64,000 nt of DNA from a virus, in the IMG/VR virus record IMGVR_UViG_3300017971_000034, positions 6,822 to 70,821 of that record. One strand, given 5' to 3'. Below, piece after piece: positions 1 through 9,520 of the stretch. Below the pieces are notes generated by a model that saw only the letters and a program-made list of their open reading frames with translations, was not told the origin of the DNA and made no database searches. The position numbers and the translations under genes are program-made. Each line of letters starts with the position of its first letter. Positions within the stretch are counted from its first letter, which is position 1.

Positions 1-431
1 GTCCCCCCGGCAGCACTAGTAATGATCGTGCCCTTAGCACCGATCGCAGCACCCTTGTAGCCCAGCCCAGCTCCGACAAAGACATTCTGCGGGAGCACCA
101 AAGAATCCGTATCGGGGACATCGGTTTCACCCAACTCAAGGGTTGCGGCCGACACGGCACCCCCTGCAAATTCTTCAGTCAGTTTGAACAGCGCATCCTT
201 AAAAATGATCGGATTGACAGGTCCCGGTGTCCCAAACGCCTTCGTGATATTCAACGCGGCTGCGTTGAAATCCCCAAACGTAAAGTCCCACCTCCTCACA
301 CGGATCGCAAAGTCGGCAGCCTGTACACGTTCACCGATCTTCCAATACCGGAAGTTCTGATCCGCACCTTCAAGGCGCACAACCTCGTTATCCGTTAGCG
401 GTCTATCGCTGTCAATCAACGGCCAGGTCAT
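1..431 (-). CDS. Putative head decoration/structural protein, runs off the window start
   Basis: Not in the ORF track. ATG at 431 overlaps the upstream stop (ATGA). Frame is open to base 1 (MTWPLIDSDRPLTDNEVVRLEG...). Two genes downstream of the capsid gene. Confidence 0.6.
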   Translation of the reverse strand, partial: MTWPLIDSDRPLTDNEVVRLEGADQNFRYWKIGERVQAADFAIRVRRWDFTFGDFNAAALNITKAFGTPGPVNPIIFKDALFKLTEEFAGGAVSAATLELGETDVPDTDSLVLPQNVFVGAGLGYKGAAIGAKGTIITSAAGG

Positions 432-745
432 CCGTCCACCTCCTCCTCTTCGTCCGCGTCAAGGAGCGCCTCGATGAGGTCCTCCCTCTTGTTGCTGTCC
501 GGCTCGAGACCCCTCTCCTTAACCAGGGCGCGTAGCTCCTGGTAGCTGAGGTCGGTATAGACCGCTCCGGGTTCCGTAACTTCCTCGGCATCCCAGACGA
601 AGTCCGGGTGCCCTTCGCAGTACGCGGCGTCCCCTCCCCCCGGTTGGGGAGAGAGGTAACCGTCACCACCCACCGCGTACGCGGTACGGCAGACGACGAC
701 GGTGTGGCCGCGGAGGTACATAGACTTGTGTCTCCACGCCCCCAC
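428..745 (-). CDS. Small protein with C-terminal HEH/SAP/Rho-N-like domain
   Basis: YTDLSYQELRALVKERGLEPDSNKREDLIEALL motif; directly after the capsid gene. Confidence 0.7.
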   Translation of the reverse strand: MGAWRHKSMYLRGHTVVVCRTAYAVGGDGYLSPQPGGGDAAYCEGHPDFVWDAEEVTEPGAVYTDLSYQELRALVKERGLEPDSNKREDLIEALLDADEEEEVDG

Positions 746-753
746 AACTCACC

Positions 754-2217
754 TCACAGCGACCGCGCGACGTTATCGATGACCCACGCCTTGGTCGCGA
801 CCTTCAGGTACAGCGTCCCGAAGAGCATGAGCAGGAACGGGACCGTAGTCTTGACCTGGGCCAGCGGCCGTCGAACGAAGTCGAGCAGCTGGTCCCACTC
901 GACGACGTCGGGCGTGTTCTGCAGCAGGTAGATCTGGCTGCAACCGGTACGGTGTTCGTTGAGGTCGGAGATGACGGTGTCCACACCGAACGCCGCCCTC
1001 GGGAAGCTCCACATGTACTGAGCGGTACCGGCAGCTCCCCCCGGAGTGGACCGGAACACCCTGTAGTACCTGACGCTGTTGTTCTCCTCACCCTCAACCG
1101 GGATGGCGTTGTCGGTGATGGTGATATCCACCGACTCCCCGGCCGCGACGGCCACGCCGGCCGAGTTAACCGGGGCGGTAATGCCGCCGTCACCTACCGC
1201 GACCACACGGTAGATGTAGGTACCGGCATCGTCGGCGTAGAACTTCGAACCGACCGTGGCGCCCGGGTTTACCGCCGAAGCGATAACGGGCGCCGCCGGT
1301 GCGTAGGTACCGGCGGCGGCGGCGTTGGGCAACCGCTGGTAGAACATCAGCGGCATGGGTTCGATCTTGATCTCGCCGTAGGGGCCCACGACGAACAGCT
1401 CGCGATGACCGAAGGCGATCTGGCCGCCAGCCTGCCGCACCTTGACCTGGTCGTGGCGACCGTGGGCGGTCGCCTGATTGGACAGGGTCTGCCACACCTC
1501 CGGCTCGACCATGATGGTCGTCGGGTAGGCGAAGTTGGGGTGCGCGGCCAGGCCACCGAGAACCTCGACGAGCAACTGGAACGTGGCGGGCTTCCCCTCG
1601 AGGTCGGTATAGTTGTTCGCGGCACCGGTCCGGATCTGCTTGTACAGGCCGTCGAAGGATAGCGCCGAGAGGTTCGAATCGGCCAGGAACAGCTGCCTCT
1701 CGAGCTTACCGAGCAGGGACAGAGTGCCGTCCTGCGTCCGCTGCGCGAGTGCAGATCGGTTGACGCCCGTGATCCCGACCATGGTACCGACGTCGGTGAT
1801 CTCGATGTGCTCGTCGAGGAACTTCACCCGGACGGTCTGGCGGGCGTACGTGGCCTCGCTCTTCGGACCGACGCCGCCCTCCCCGATCCACGGGTCCAGG
1901 TCCATGTTTCCGTGGGACTGGACGACGCTCGACTCGTACAGCGTCGAGGTAATGGGTACCTTCTTAAGCGTCGGCCAGAACTTGATGTGCTTGTTGAGGA
2001 ACGTCGACGAATCGAGCGTCGGCTGGATCGACTGCGGAACCAGCGGGGCCAGCTCGGTCCCGGCACCGCTGACGAAGGGGACGCCCTGCTGCGGGTACCC
2101 GACGCCGCCCTTGGTGAAGCGTTGGGCGTTGGCGCGCAGCGCCTTGTTGAGCTCCCTAAGGGTACCGATCGAGACCTCCTGGCCCGCGATCGACTGGAGC
2201 GCGTTTAGCGGGTTCAT
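754..2217 (-). CDS. Major capsid protein (resembles SPO1/Twort-type MCPs)
   Basis: 487 aa, GGAGG RBS, follows protease and scaffold. Motifs LERQLFLADS..FDGLYKQI, inserted YIYRVVAVGDGG..AP domain, C-terminal FLLMLFGTL. Confidence 0.9.
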   Translation of the reverse strand: MNPLNALQSIAGQEVSIGTLRELNKALRANAQRFTKGGVGYPQQGVPFVSGAGTELAPLVPQSIQPTLDSSTFLNKHIKFWPTLKKVPITSTLYESSVVQSHGNMDLDPWIGEGGVGPKSEATYARQTVRVKFLDEHIEITDVGTMVGITGVNRSALAQRTQDGTLSLLGKLERQLFLADSNLSALSFDGLYKQIRTGAANNYTDLEGKPATFQLLVEVLGGLAAHPNFAYPTTIMVEPEVWQTLSNQATAHGRHDQVKVRQAGGQIAFGHRELFVVGPYGEIKIEPMPLMFYQRLPNAAAAGTYAPAAPVIASAVNPGATVGSKFYADDAGTYIYRVVAVGDGGITAPVNSAGVAVAAGESVDITITDNAIPVEGEENNSVRYYRVFRSTPGGAAGTAQYMWSFPRAAFGVDTVISDLNEHRTGCSQIYLLQNTPDVVEWDQLLDFVRRPLAQVKTTVPFLLMLFGTLYLKVATKAWVIDNVARSL

Positions 2218-2229
2218 ATCCGCACCTCC

Positions 2230-2916
2230 CTACAGCCCGATGCCGTACGCTTCGGCAACCTCGCTGGGGTTACCGTGGGTATCGATGTCGGCGATGGCCC
2301 GCCCCAGGTCCCACTTCCTCTCGTCGGCGGTCTCCGGGTTTTGGATCTCGTCCATCGCGGCCTTGATGATGCGGTTCCTCTCCCCGGCGGCCTTGGCTAC
2401 CGTCGCGGCATCCTTTTCGCCCGGGGACGGTTCGGCAACCGCCAAACCGGTAACCGAACGCGGTGGAACAGGGGAACCGAGGGCAGCACTCAGGCCCCCG
2501 ACCTGGGTTGCGAGTTCGTGGTTCTGGCTCACCAGGTGCTGGATGCCCTTGGTGAGCTGCTCGGTAAGGCGACCGACCGCCACCAATCCCTTGGCGAGCG
2601 AGTCGTGCCGGGACCCTAGCTCCTGCACGGCACGCTGAGTGGTCGATGCCGACTTCTGCAACCCCTCCATGAGGTCCGTTACGTCGACGAAGTCGTCGTC
2701 CGAGGGCGGGGGAGCCGGTTTCCCGCCGGACTTCCGCAAGCCATCAAGCCCCTCGCTGAGGGTTTCGAGGGCGGCGTCGAATTCGTCCTCGGAGATGACG
2801 CCGCCGATATCGTCCTCGACGCCGCCGGACTCGATACGGCCCTTGACGATCTCGTCGATCTTATCGTCGCCGAAACCCGCGTCGCGGAGGGCTCGGCGGA
2901 GCTCGCTCGCCTTCAT
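2230..2916 (-). CDS. Putative scaffolding protein
   Basis: Acidic/coiled-coil, lies between protease and MCP, several hydrophobic-x-K-[SAG] sites. Confidence 0.7.
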   Translation of the reverse strand: MKASELRRALRDAGFGDDKIDEIVKGRIESGGVEDDIGGVISEDEFDAALETLSEGLDGLRKSGGKPAPPPSDDDFVDVTDLMEGLQKSASTTQRAVQELGSRHDSLAKGLVAVGRLTEQLTKGIQHLVSQNHELATQVGGLSAALGSPVPPRSVTGLAVAEPSPGEKDAATVAKAAGERNRIIKAAMDEIQNPETADERKWDLGRAIADIDTHGNPSEVAEAYGIGL

Positions 2917-3749
2917 ACCTTTACTCCCTTCATCTTAGAGACGATCTCCTCAACGAGCCCCATACCCTGGGACCACGATAGGAACGGAAACTTCTTGAGG
3001 ACCTTGACGACCATGAGGTCGCGGGTCATCCCGACGGTGGTAGGCCCGCCGCCCTGCAGGCTCTGCGGGACCAGCTTCTCGAGACCGCCGGTACCCACGG
3101 CAGCCTCTCCCTGCTGCGGGTACCCGACCCCCTCGGCCCTGAATAACCAGGGTAGCGGGTACGGGACCTGGTAGCCGCCCCCAAACATGGAGGCGGCCAG
3201 CGGCTCGAACCACGAGTCGCGGTTCTTCGGAGCCGCACTGACCGCTACCGAGACCACCCTTGCCTTGGTAATACGCTTCCCCTGACGACCGCCGGGCAAC
3301 ACCTTCCCCTCGATGCTAAAACCCAGGCGACGGTGGCCACCGGCCTTCTTGAGGGACAGGGACTTCTCGTAGATCTTCTTACCGAGCTCGTCGTCCAGGA
3401 GCAGCAGCCCCTCGATATCGGTGGCCTTAAAGACCTTACCGTCCTTCTCGACGGTGGTGGGGGACACGTCGGTCGGGTGGCCAACGATGTTCATCACCCC
3501 GAGCGGGTGCTCGTAGGTGATGAACCCGTGGGACTTGAAGTACCCCCACTCGAGCCCGTCCTGATCTACGAAATCGCCGTCCTCGTCCTCGCGTTCGCTG
3601 GTAGCGACACCCTTAATGAGACCGTCCGGGGAATCCGGCCCCGCCTTAACTAGGTCGAAGGGGGTCCAAACCTCGAAGTCTGAACCCGACCTGGAGGAGA
3701 GTTGACCTACCACCATACCGTACCCTGAAAAATTGAGGGGCGCAACCAA
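2913..3749 (-). CDS. Prohead protease (start uncertain, possibly 3716)
   Basis: GVATSEREDEDGD..DQDGLEWGYF..HGFITYEH and LGFSIEG (catalytic His/Ser pattern). Confidence 0.88.
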   Translation of the reverse strand: MVAPLNFSGYGMVVGQLSSRSGSDFEVWTPFDLVKAGPDSPDGLIKGVATSEREDEDGDFVDQDGLEWGYFKSHGFITYEHPLGVMNIVGHPTDVSPTTVEKDGKVFKATDIEGLLLLDDELGKKIYEKSLSLKKAGGHRRLGFSIEGKVLPGGRQGKRITKARVVSVAVSAAPKNRDSWFEPLAASMFGGGYQVPYPLPWLFRAEGVGYPQQGEAAVGTGGLEKLVPQSLQGGGPTTVGMTRDLMVVKVLKKFPFLSWSQGMGLVEEIVSKMKGVKV

Positions 3750-3772
3750 CCTAACGTTGGCGCGCCCCTCAA
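3728..3772 (-). terminator. Strong hairpin plus U-run (terminator or regulatory stem-loop)
   Basis: TTGAGGGGCGC..CCAAC / GTTGG..GCGCCCCTCAA inverted repeat, followed by TTTTT on the minus strand. Confidence 0.6.
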
Positions 3773-3884
3773 GAGCCTAGTTCGATTCTCTGGCTTGTAC
3801 GTTCGGAGCGGGGGGCTCCACGTTCCCCGGGACGCCACGCCCGAGATACGGTACCGCAATTAAAGCACGGTTACACGTATAGAG

Positions 3885-4067
3885 TCAAGTATCTGACTGC
3901 AGGCGCAGCGGGAGGCGGGTACTGCGCCTACAGTGGTGGCAGTTTACCTCAACCTCACCGGTGGCCAGGGAGACGGCCACCAGCCGCGACCTACAGTGGA
4001 TCTTCAACTTACCGCCCTTAACCACGGACAGTACCGTCCCGCAATGCTGGCACCGTACCTCCCTCAC
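3885..4067 (-). CDS. Small zinc-ribbon protein (Mu Com-like)
   Basis: EVRCQHCG...EVNCHHC; GTG overlaps the MuF stop. Confidence 0.65.
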   Translation of the reverse strand: MREVRCQHCGTVLSVVKGGKLKIHCRSRLVAVSLATGEVEVNCHHCRRSTRLPLRLQSDT

Positions 4068-4900
4068 TTTACCAGGTTCCACGATGCGTCGAAACGGTAA
4101 CCGGGCGGTACCACGACCGTTCCGCAACGGCAGTTAGCGTGCAACGGATACAGCGTGGCCAGCCACTGGTCCGGCTTCCTACCGTGGTTGGTACCGTTGG
4201 CTAGGAGCGCGGACAGCGCCCAGACCTTCGGGCGCCCGGACGCGTCCAGGTAGAGGCGCAGGCAGTGTTCGCAGGTCCTACCGTCCCTCTCCGGAACCCT
4301 AGCTACGCGGGCAGACGGACCGTATTTAGCGGCACCGGCGGCCGCCACCGCCTCGTTGTGGGCCGCCTGAAGCTCGGTACGGGCGACCCGCAACCAGTCC
4401 CTCTCGAAACCGACGAACGCACCCGACAAGGCAGCCATCAGTTGTCCACGGTGCCAACCTCGGGACCGCGCCCTGTCGACCAGCTCCCGTATCGTCCCGC
4501 GGGCCTCCGTAGATAGGTTGGTGACGAGGGTACCGACGCGAGAGCGGGACTCCCCCCAGGTTAGGGCCTCCTGCTTCGTCAACCGGTCCGGGGCCCCGGA
4601 AGGGTCCTCGAGTAGGTCGGACGTACCGCCTATGACGCTACCTATCCAGTCCCCGGCCGACTTCCTAACCGGACGGGACGCCATCTCACCGTTTACGGCC
4701 TCGGTCCACCTACTGCGGGACCACCGCCTCATGGTGGGGTGGTTACCGGGGTCGGCCGCCACCATGACGGTACCGGTAACGGCGGCGTACGCCCACACGT
4801 CCAGCGGCGGGTCGGTACCGGGGACCAGGTAACCCAGGACGTCCGAACGCCAGGCCGACAGGTAACGCTCCACCAGTTCCTCGGCCCGGTGCGGGTCCAC
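4064..4900 (-). CDS. MuF-like minor head morphogenesis protein
   Basis: RVARTE...CEHC...PLHANCRC; downstream of portal. Confidence 0.85.
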   Translation of the reverse strand: MDPHRAEELVERYLSAWRSDVLGYLVPGTDPPLDVWAYAAVTGTVMVAADPGNHPTMRRWSRSRWTEAVNGEMASRPVRKSAGDWIGSVIGGTSDLLEDPSGAPDRLTKQEALTWGESRSRVGTLVTNLSTEARGTIRELVDRARSRGWHRGQLMAALSGAFVGFERDWLRVARTELQAAHNEAVAAAGAAKYGPSARVARVPERDGRTCEHCLRLYLDASGRPKVWALSALLANGTNHGRKPDQWLATLYPLHANCRCGTVVVPPGYRFDASWNLVK

Positions 4901-4903
4901 GTT

Positions 4904-5155
4904 CTACCCCTCCCGGTACCCCGATAGCAGCTCGTCGCGGATGCTCCGCAGGCGGCGCCGGAAGGAGGCGGATAGCTCCTCCCGGATGTCCTCCAAGACG
5001 TCCACCTCGCCATCCTGCCGGGCCCCGGCCTTGGACAGGTTACCGCTCAGCAGACCGCGGGCGAGCGACCGGAAGGCCACCTCCAACTTCCCGAGGAGCT
5101 CCTCCGGCGGTCGGTTCCACTCGCCGGAGACGGTCTGCTCGATCCGTACCCTCAC
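4904..5155 (-). CDS. Hypothetical head-module protein
   Basis: GTG overlaps the portal stop; helical; LSKA site. Confidence 0.55.
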   Translation of the reverse strand: MRVRIEQTVSGEWNRPPEELLGKLEVAFRSLARGLLSGNLSKAGARQDGEVDVLEDIREELSASFRRRLRSIRDELLSGYREG

Positions 5156-6915
5156 ACCGACACCGCCAGTACGTCCCCGGGACCGCGGACGACCGGTACC
5201 CATTTATCCCCGGAACGGTAGGCGGACAGGTCCAGGCGGCGGTCGTCCACCGCCGATGACAGGCCCTTCTCGAGCTCCTCCCACAGCTCCGCGTAGGAGG
5301 TTGCCCTCTGCAGGCGCCCCCCGGAGGAGAACCCGAACGCCTCGCCCTCTCCGAATTCCTCCCCACCCTCGACCTCCCCACCCTCGACCTCCCCACCCTC
5401 GGGTGGGTTGAACAGGCCCATCGTCATAGCGGCCTGCAGGTAGTTCGGGTTCATGATCATGTCGCCCAGGGGACCCGGTATGGGTTCCTCATCGTGCTCC
5501 GCCCGCACCTCGTTAACCCTCATGTAGTTGGTAAGGCGCTTGATGTCGAGGTCGACCTTCTGGTCCTCCGGCATCGAGTCGAACCCGCCGAACTCCAAGG
5601 ACAGGTCCTCGTACATGGGCCAGACGATTACCTCGTTCAGCCAGCTAGCCACCGACCGCAGCAGCGGCCGCAAGCCGCGCTCCCTGGACAGCAGCACCCG
5701 CTGGGCGGGTCCGGCCTGCTGCAGGGCAGACGTCTGCCCCTCGGAACCGAACACGAAGCCGAGCTCGGCCGGGTCTATCTGGTAGACGGCGCAGGCCACC
5801 TTCATCAGCCAGTTGATCCAGTTCGAGAACTCCATCTCCTTGTTCGTGTGCCCGAGCGAGACGGACTTGAGCTCCTCCTTCAGCTTCGGGTCCAGCTGGA
5901 TTATGGGGACCCTGCGGCTGTTGGCGACCCCGGACAGCATGGACGTAACCGACCGCCGGAACGCCCGGAAGCTGTCGTCGGTCATGTTCGACATGAGCGC
6001 CAGGATGGTAGACGAGTGGATACCGCTGGTGAAGTTAACCGCGTTGAACGTCTCCGCGTTCAGCAGGCTCGTCACGACGGTAACGATCTCCTCGTTCTCC
6101 GGGAAGCCGTAACCGGCTATCGGAAGCCAAGTCCTGGGCCTGCGGATACCCCACCCCATCTCGCTGCGGGCGTACTCGTTTACGATGGACTGCCGGTTGG
6201 GATCGACCTGTACGTAGGAAACCTTCTCAGGGTCCCACGTTCCGCGTTCGATGGCCTCCTCGCTGGGCTTAGCCCGCCGGATCGTGGAAGCGTCCACCGC
6301 GATGAACCCCCACGGCTTACCCTTCCGGTCGAAGATGGGTTCGAAGTTACCCTGGTCGTACGCCAGGGAGTCCCGCATCAGCATGCGCAGGAACGACTCG
6401 AACCCACCGGACTGGTACCGGCCGCCGGCACGCTGCACCACCACCATTACCTCGGCCATGGCGCGTTTAACGGCCGGGGTAGGCTTCGCCCCCCGGTCCC
6501 GCATCACGATGCGGGACCCCAAGCTGTACGGGGACCGCTGCGGTTCGGCGCACTCCGCCACCTGCTGGATGCGCGTCTGGTGGACGGCGCCCACAACCGG
6601 TACACGGGACATGGCCGTAAGGGTACCATAGGTAAACCCGAGGGTACCGGGGTGAACCTCCCCAGGAACGTCGCCGGAGTACGACCAGCGGATGTGCATA
6701 GGGTCGAAGAGCCAGGAGCGGGGGGCCTCCTCCTCACCGGCCAGGTCCACCCTGACCGCCTTGGAGACGTCCTCGCCCTCCTCGCCGGACGCCAACCCGC
6801 GCAGGGTCCAAGCGGGGTGGTCTGGGGTAACCGGGTCCGATCCCGCGGCGACCGCGTTAAGGTACGGGTCCTCACGTACCCGCTCTCCCACCACCAGGTC
6901 GGTTAACCAACCCAC
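5152..6915 (-). CDS. Portal protein
   Basis: RDSLAYDQGNFE, VDASTIR, GYGFPE, KEMEFSNW..ACAVYQIDPAELGF, GLRPLL, VNEVRAE. Confidence 0.92.
   Translation of the reverse strand: MGWLTDLVVGERVREDPYLNAVAAGSDPVTPDHPAWTLRGLASGEEGEDVSKAVRVDLAGEEEAPRSWLFDPMHIRWSYSGDVPGEVHPGTLGFTYGTLTAMSRVPVVGAVHQTRIQQVAECAEPQRSPYSLGSRIVMRDRGAKPTPAVKRAMAEVMVVVQRAGGRYQSGGFESFLRMLMRDSLAYDQGNFEPIFDRKGKPWGFIAVDASTIRRAKPSEEAIERGTWDPEKVSYVQVDPNRQSIVNEYARSEMGWGIRRPRTWLPIAGYGFPENEEIVTVVTSLLNAETFNAVNFTSGIHSSTILALMSNMTDDSFRAFRRSVTSMLSGVANSRRVPIIQLDPKLKEELKSVSLGHTNKEMEFSNWINWLMKVACAVYQIDPAELGFVFGSEGQTSALQQAGPAQRVLLSRERGLRPLLRSVASWLNEVIVWPMYEDLSLEFGGFDSMPEDQKVDLDIKRLTNYMRVNEVRAEHDEEPIPGPLGDMIMNPNYLQAAMTMGLFNPPEGGEVEGGEVEGGEEFGEGEAFGFSSGGRLQRATSYAELWEELEKGLSSAVDDRRLDLSAYRSGDKWVPVVRGPGDVLAVSV
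5361..5400. repeat. 15-bp tandem repeat (about 2.7 copies) encoding GGEVE in the portal tail
   Basis: ccccaccctcgacct repeated. Confidence 0.8.
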
Positions 6916-6918
6916 GGA

Positions 6919-8385
6919 TCAGTCCTCCCGGGGTACCCCGTACGTGACGGGCCAGTAACCGCAGTACGGGTCGTAAACCGACCCGGGGACGGGCGTACTA
7001 CAGTAAGGGAAGGCCTTAACGAGGTTAGCCTGGGGGTGAGCCTTCTTGCTCTTCTCCTTCCGGTCCACGGTACCGTACGTCGTCATGGGCGCCGACTCGC
7101 CGGTTTCGAAGTTGACCCTCCACTTGATCGGCTCACGCCGTCCGTACATCTGGTCGTACTTCTCGGCGAACGCTCGGGCCTTCTCTTCGAGGGCCGCCTT
7201 ATCGCCCTTGGGGGTCTGCCACCCGCCCTTGTCGTGGTCGTACAGCTTCTGGATGCTGACGTTGTTCAGGTAGGAGAGGCGCACGCCGTGCTCCGCCTTA
7301 ACCTGCTCGTTGATCTTCGTAGCCTCCTTCTCGAGCTCGGCCTTCTCCTCCTGCGACGGTTCTTTCCACCCGGGGATGGAGTAGTCCGGTTTCTCCTTCT
7401 TCGGCTTCCCAGTCTTGCTCTGGGCACGCTTGTGCTTGTTGGTGGAGTCTTCGTACGCCTCAGCAAAGGGAGAGTCCCACCCACCACGGATGTGCTCCCC
7501 CTCCTCGATACCGTGGGTCATGTCCCCGTGGGCGTCCTGACCGTGCTTCCGGGTGAACCCCTCGCCGTGCTTCCTCTTGGCGGCTTTGACGTCGGCCAGG
7601 GCCTCCTTCATCTCCTCAAGGTGCTCGCCGACGGTATCGTGGTGGGGCTTCCCCTCCTGCGTGGCGGCCGTCTTCTTGTGCTGCGCCTCCACCTCCTTGA
7701 TGTACTTACCCATCCGGCGAGTGTCGCCGTTGCGGGCCGCCTGGGCGAACTCCTCCTGGATCTGGACCGCGCGGTCGAAGCTGGCGTCGCCACGGGCCTT
7801 ACGCTCGTACGGTGCGTCCGCGTGGGCCGCCAGCTCAGCCTCCTCGCGGTTGCCGGCTTCGAGGTGGGACGTCTTAGCCTGAAAACGGGCCTCGCGGTCC
7901 GGGTACCAGTACACCCACCCCTTGCCGGCCTTCTTGCGGTACCCTCCATGCTGCCCCCCGGGAATGGCGCTGTACCCGGCAGGCGGTTTAGGGGCACCGG
8001 CCTTGCTCAGGACCTGGTCGGCCCACCGATCAAGGTCGCTCGCCATGCTCTTCTCCCCCTCCTGCCTCCCGGGAAGCATCTTCCGAAGCTTCTTCTGGAG
8101 GGCCTCCTTCTGGGCGTCCGATACGTCGACCATACGCGGTACCCGCTGGATCGCGTTCCGGACGTGGGGCCAGTCCAGCTCCCCGTCCTTACCGCGGATC
8201 GGCAGCTTGCGCAGACTGCGCGGCACCGTCCTCCCGGTCCTGTCCTTCGCCCCTCCTGGCACGATAAGCAGGAAGGCGCTGTCCGGAAGGTCGTTTACGT
8301 AAGCCGTGGTCCACTCGGCCTTCTCCAAGGAGTCGGCCCACGCGTAAAGTTCTTCAATACTCACCGTCGTTACCTCCGCGGGCAC
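6919..8385 (-). CDS. Putative internal head protein, modular and highly charged
   Basis: N-terminal WTTAYVNDLPDSAF...RKLPI..HVRNA module (DUF6582-like); GGYRKK..WVYWYP module; multiple K-A sites. Confidence 0.7.
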   Translation of the reverse strand: MPAEVTTVSIEELYAWADSLEKAEWTTAYVNDLPDSAFLLIVPGGAKDRTGRTVPRSLRKLPIRGKDGELDWPHVRNAIQRVPRMVDVSDAQKEALQKKLRKMLPGRQEGEKSMASDLDRWADQVLSKAGAPKPPAGYSAIPGGQHGGYRKKAGKGWVYWYPDREARFQAKTSHLEAGNREEAELAAHADAPYERKARGDASFDRAVQIQEEFAQAARNGDTRRMGKYIKEVEAQHKKTAATQEGKPHHDTVGEHLEEMKEALADVKAAKRKHGEGFTRKHGQDAHGDMTHGIEEGEHIRGGWDSPFAEAYEDSTNKHKRAQSKTGKPKKEKPDYSIPGWKEPSQEEKAELEKEATKINEQVKAEHGVRLSYLNNVSIQKLYDHDKGGWQTPKGDKAALEEKARAFAEKYDQMYGRREPIKWRVNFETGESAPMTTYGTVDRKEKSKKAHPQANLVKAFPYCSTPVPGSVYDPYCGYWPVTYGVPRED

Positions 8386-9520
8386 AGCAGGCGCCCACCC
8401 TTGCGAATATTTTACCGCGGGCGGCCACCCCCGTCAAGGACGCAGCTACAACCGCCCTACTAACAAGACCGCGGTCGACGACACCAGCGAGCCGCAAGAG
8501 ATCAGTTCCGATCTCAGACCACGTAGCGTCGAGCAGCTTCTCCTGTTCCGGCGTCAAGGTTAGTTCCTCCACGATCCCTACCTTTCCTTGCAGGTCCGCG
8601 GCCGCCTTCCACAGGTGCGCTTTCTCACGCGCGGCGTAGTCCACCAACAACCTAGACGAATAGCCACCGGGCGTAAGGTCAAACTCTGCACGAAACGTGT
8701 TACCGTAAGCCTTCCACCAAGTACGACCGGCCTCGGTGGACACGGCGACCACCATCGCAGCCCTGGCATCGCGACCTTCACCGTAGGCTGCCTCAACATC
8801 GGGCGGCAGCCCCACGCCGTGCCTGGCACCGTCCATTACTTGCCGAACACCGCGGTCATCACTCGGCGGCAGGTACCCAAGCCGAGCCCACGTGTAGTAC
8901 CCGTTATATCCGGAGCCGCGCAGGGCCTCACAACGGATCCGTTTAAACCCGGCGGCCTGAGCCGCCGCTACCTGCGACGCAAACATGCGCGTGCCCAAAC
9001 CAGTCCCTGTAGCCTCCTCAGAAATCGCGAAAGCCTCGTTGACAATCTCCGATCCCTTCGATCGATCATCCGGATCAACGGGCGCAAGCCGACGCACCCC
9101 ACCAAGCTCGCCGCTACCCCGATGAAAGAATACCTCAATCGATGGACGCTTATCTAGCCCAGACTCCGGCAACACTTCAACGGAAACGGTGGACCCTGGA
9201 GGGGCCCCAACTATCCTGGCGAAGTCCTCCAACGACCGTATATCGGTACCGGGAAGGTGCTCGCGGGCGAAGGCTACCGGATCGGGAGAATCCGGCTTTA
9301 CAAAGACCCTTACACCGTCCCCGCGAAACAGCTTGTCCCGAACGACGTAGAAGTCGTTGCCGTCCCCACCCGCGGGTGGGGACGGCCCAGCCACGCGCTT
9401 CGTGGGATACCAGTAGACCCATCTGCCGGCACGGCGCTTCCGGTAACCGCCGGAGTGACCACCCGGTATGGGCTGGTAACCGGGGGGAGGTCCGTCACCG
9501 GCCTTAACTACGTACCGCAC
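8354..9520 (-). CDS. Putative internal head protein with GNAT acetyltransferase-like domain
   Basis: GTGLGTRMF acetyl-CoA loop and NGYYTWARLGY motif; N-terminal GGYRK..WVYWYP module. Confidence 0.7.
   Translation of the reverse strand: MRYVVKAGDGPPPGYQPIPGGHSGGYRKRRAGRWVYWYPTKRVAGPSPPAGGDGNDFYVVRDKLFRGDGVRVFVKPDSPDPVAFAREHLPGTDIRSLEDFARIVGAPPGSTVSVEVLPESGLDKRPSIEVFFHRGSGELGGVRRLAPVDPDDRSKGSEIVNEAFAISEEATGTGLGTRMFASQVAAAQAAGFKRIRCEALRGSGYNGYYTWARLGYLPPSDDRGVRQVMDGARHGVGLPPDVEAAYGEGRDARAAMVVAVSTEAGRTWWKAYGNTFRAEFDLTPGGYSSRLLVDYAAREKAHLWKAAADLQGKVGIVEELTLTPEQEKLLDATWSEIGTDLLRLAGVVDRGLVSRAVVAASLTGVAARGKIFARVGACCARGGNDGEY
8409..8437 (-). promoter_or_regulatory. sigma70-type promoter
   Basis: TTGACG-N17-TAAAAT upstream of the 8385 start. 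Confidence 0.65.

Noticed and set aside
5494-8463. Long plus-strand ORFs (470 and 475 aa) and similar antisense ORFs elsewhere
   Set aside because: Shadows of well-supported minus-strand genes in high-GC DNA; no recognisable motifs.
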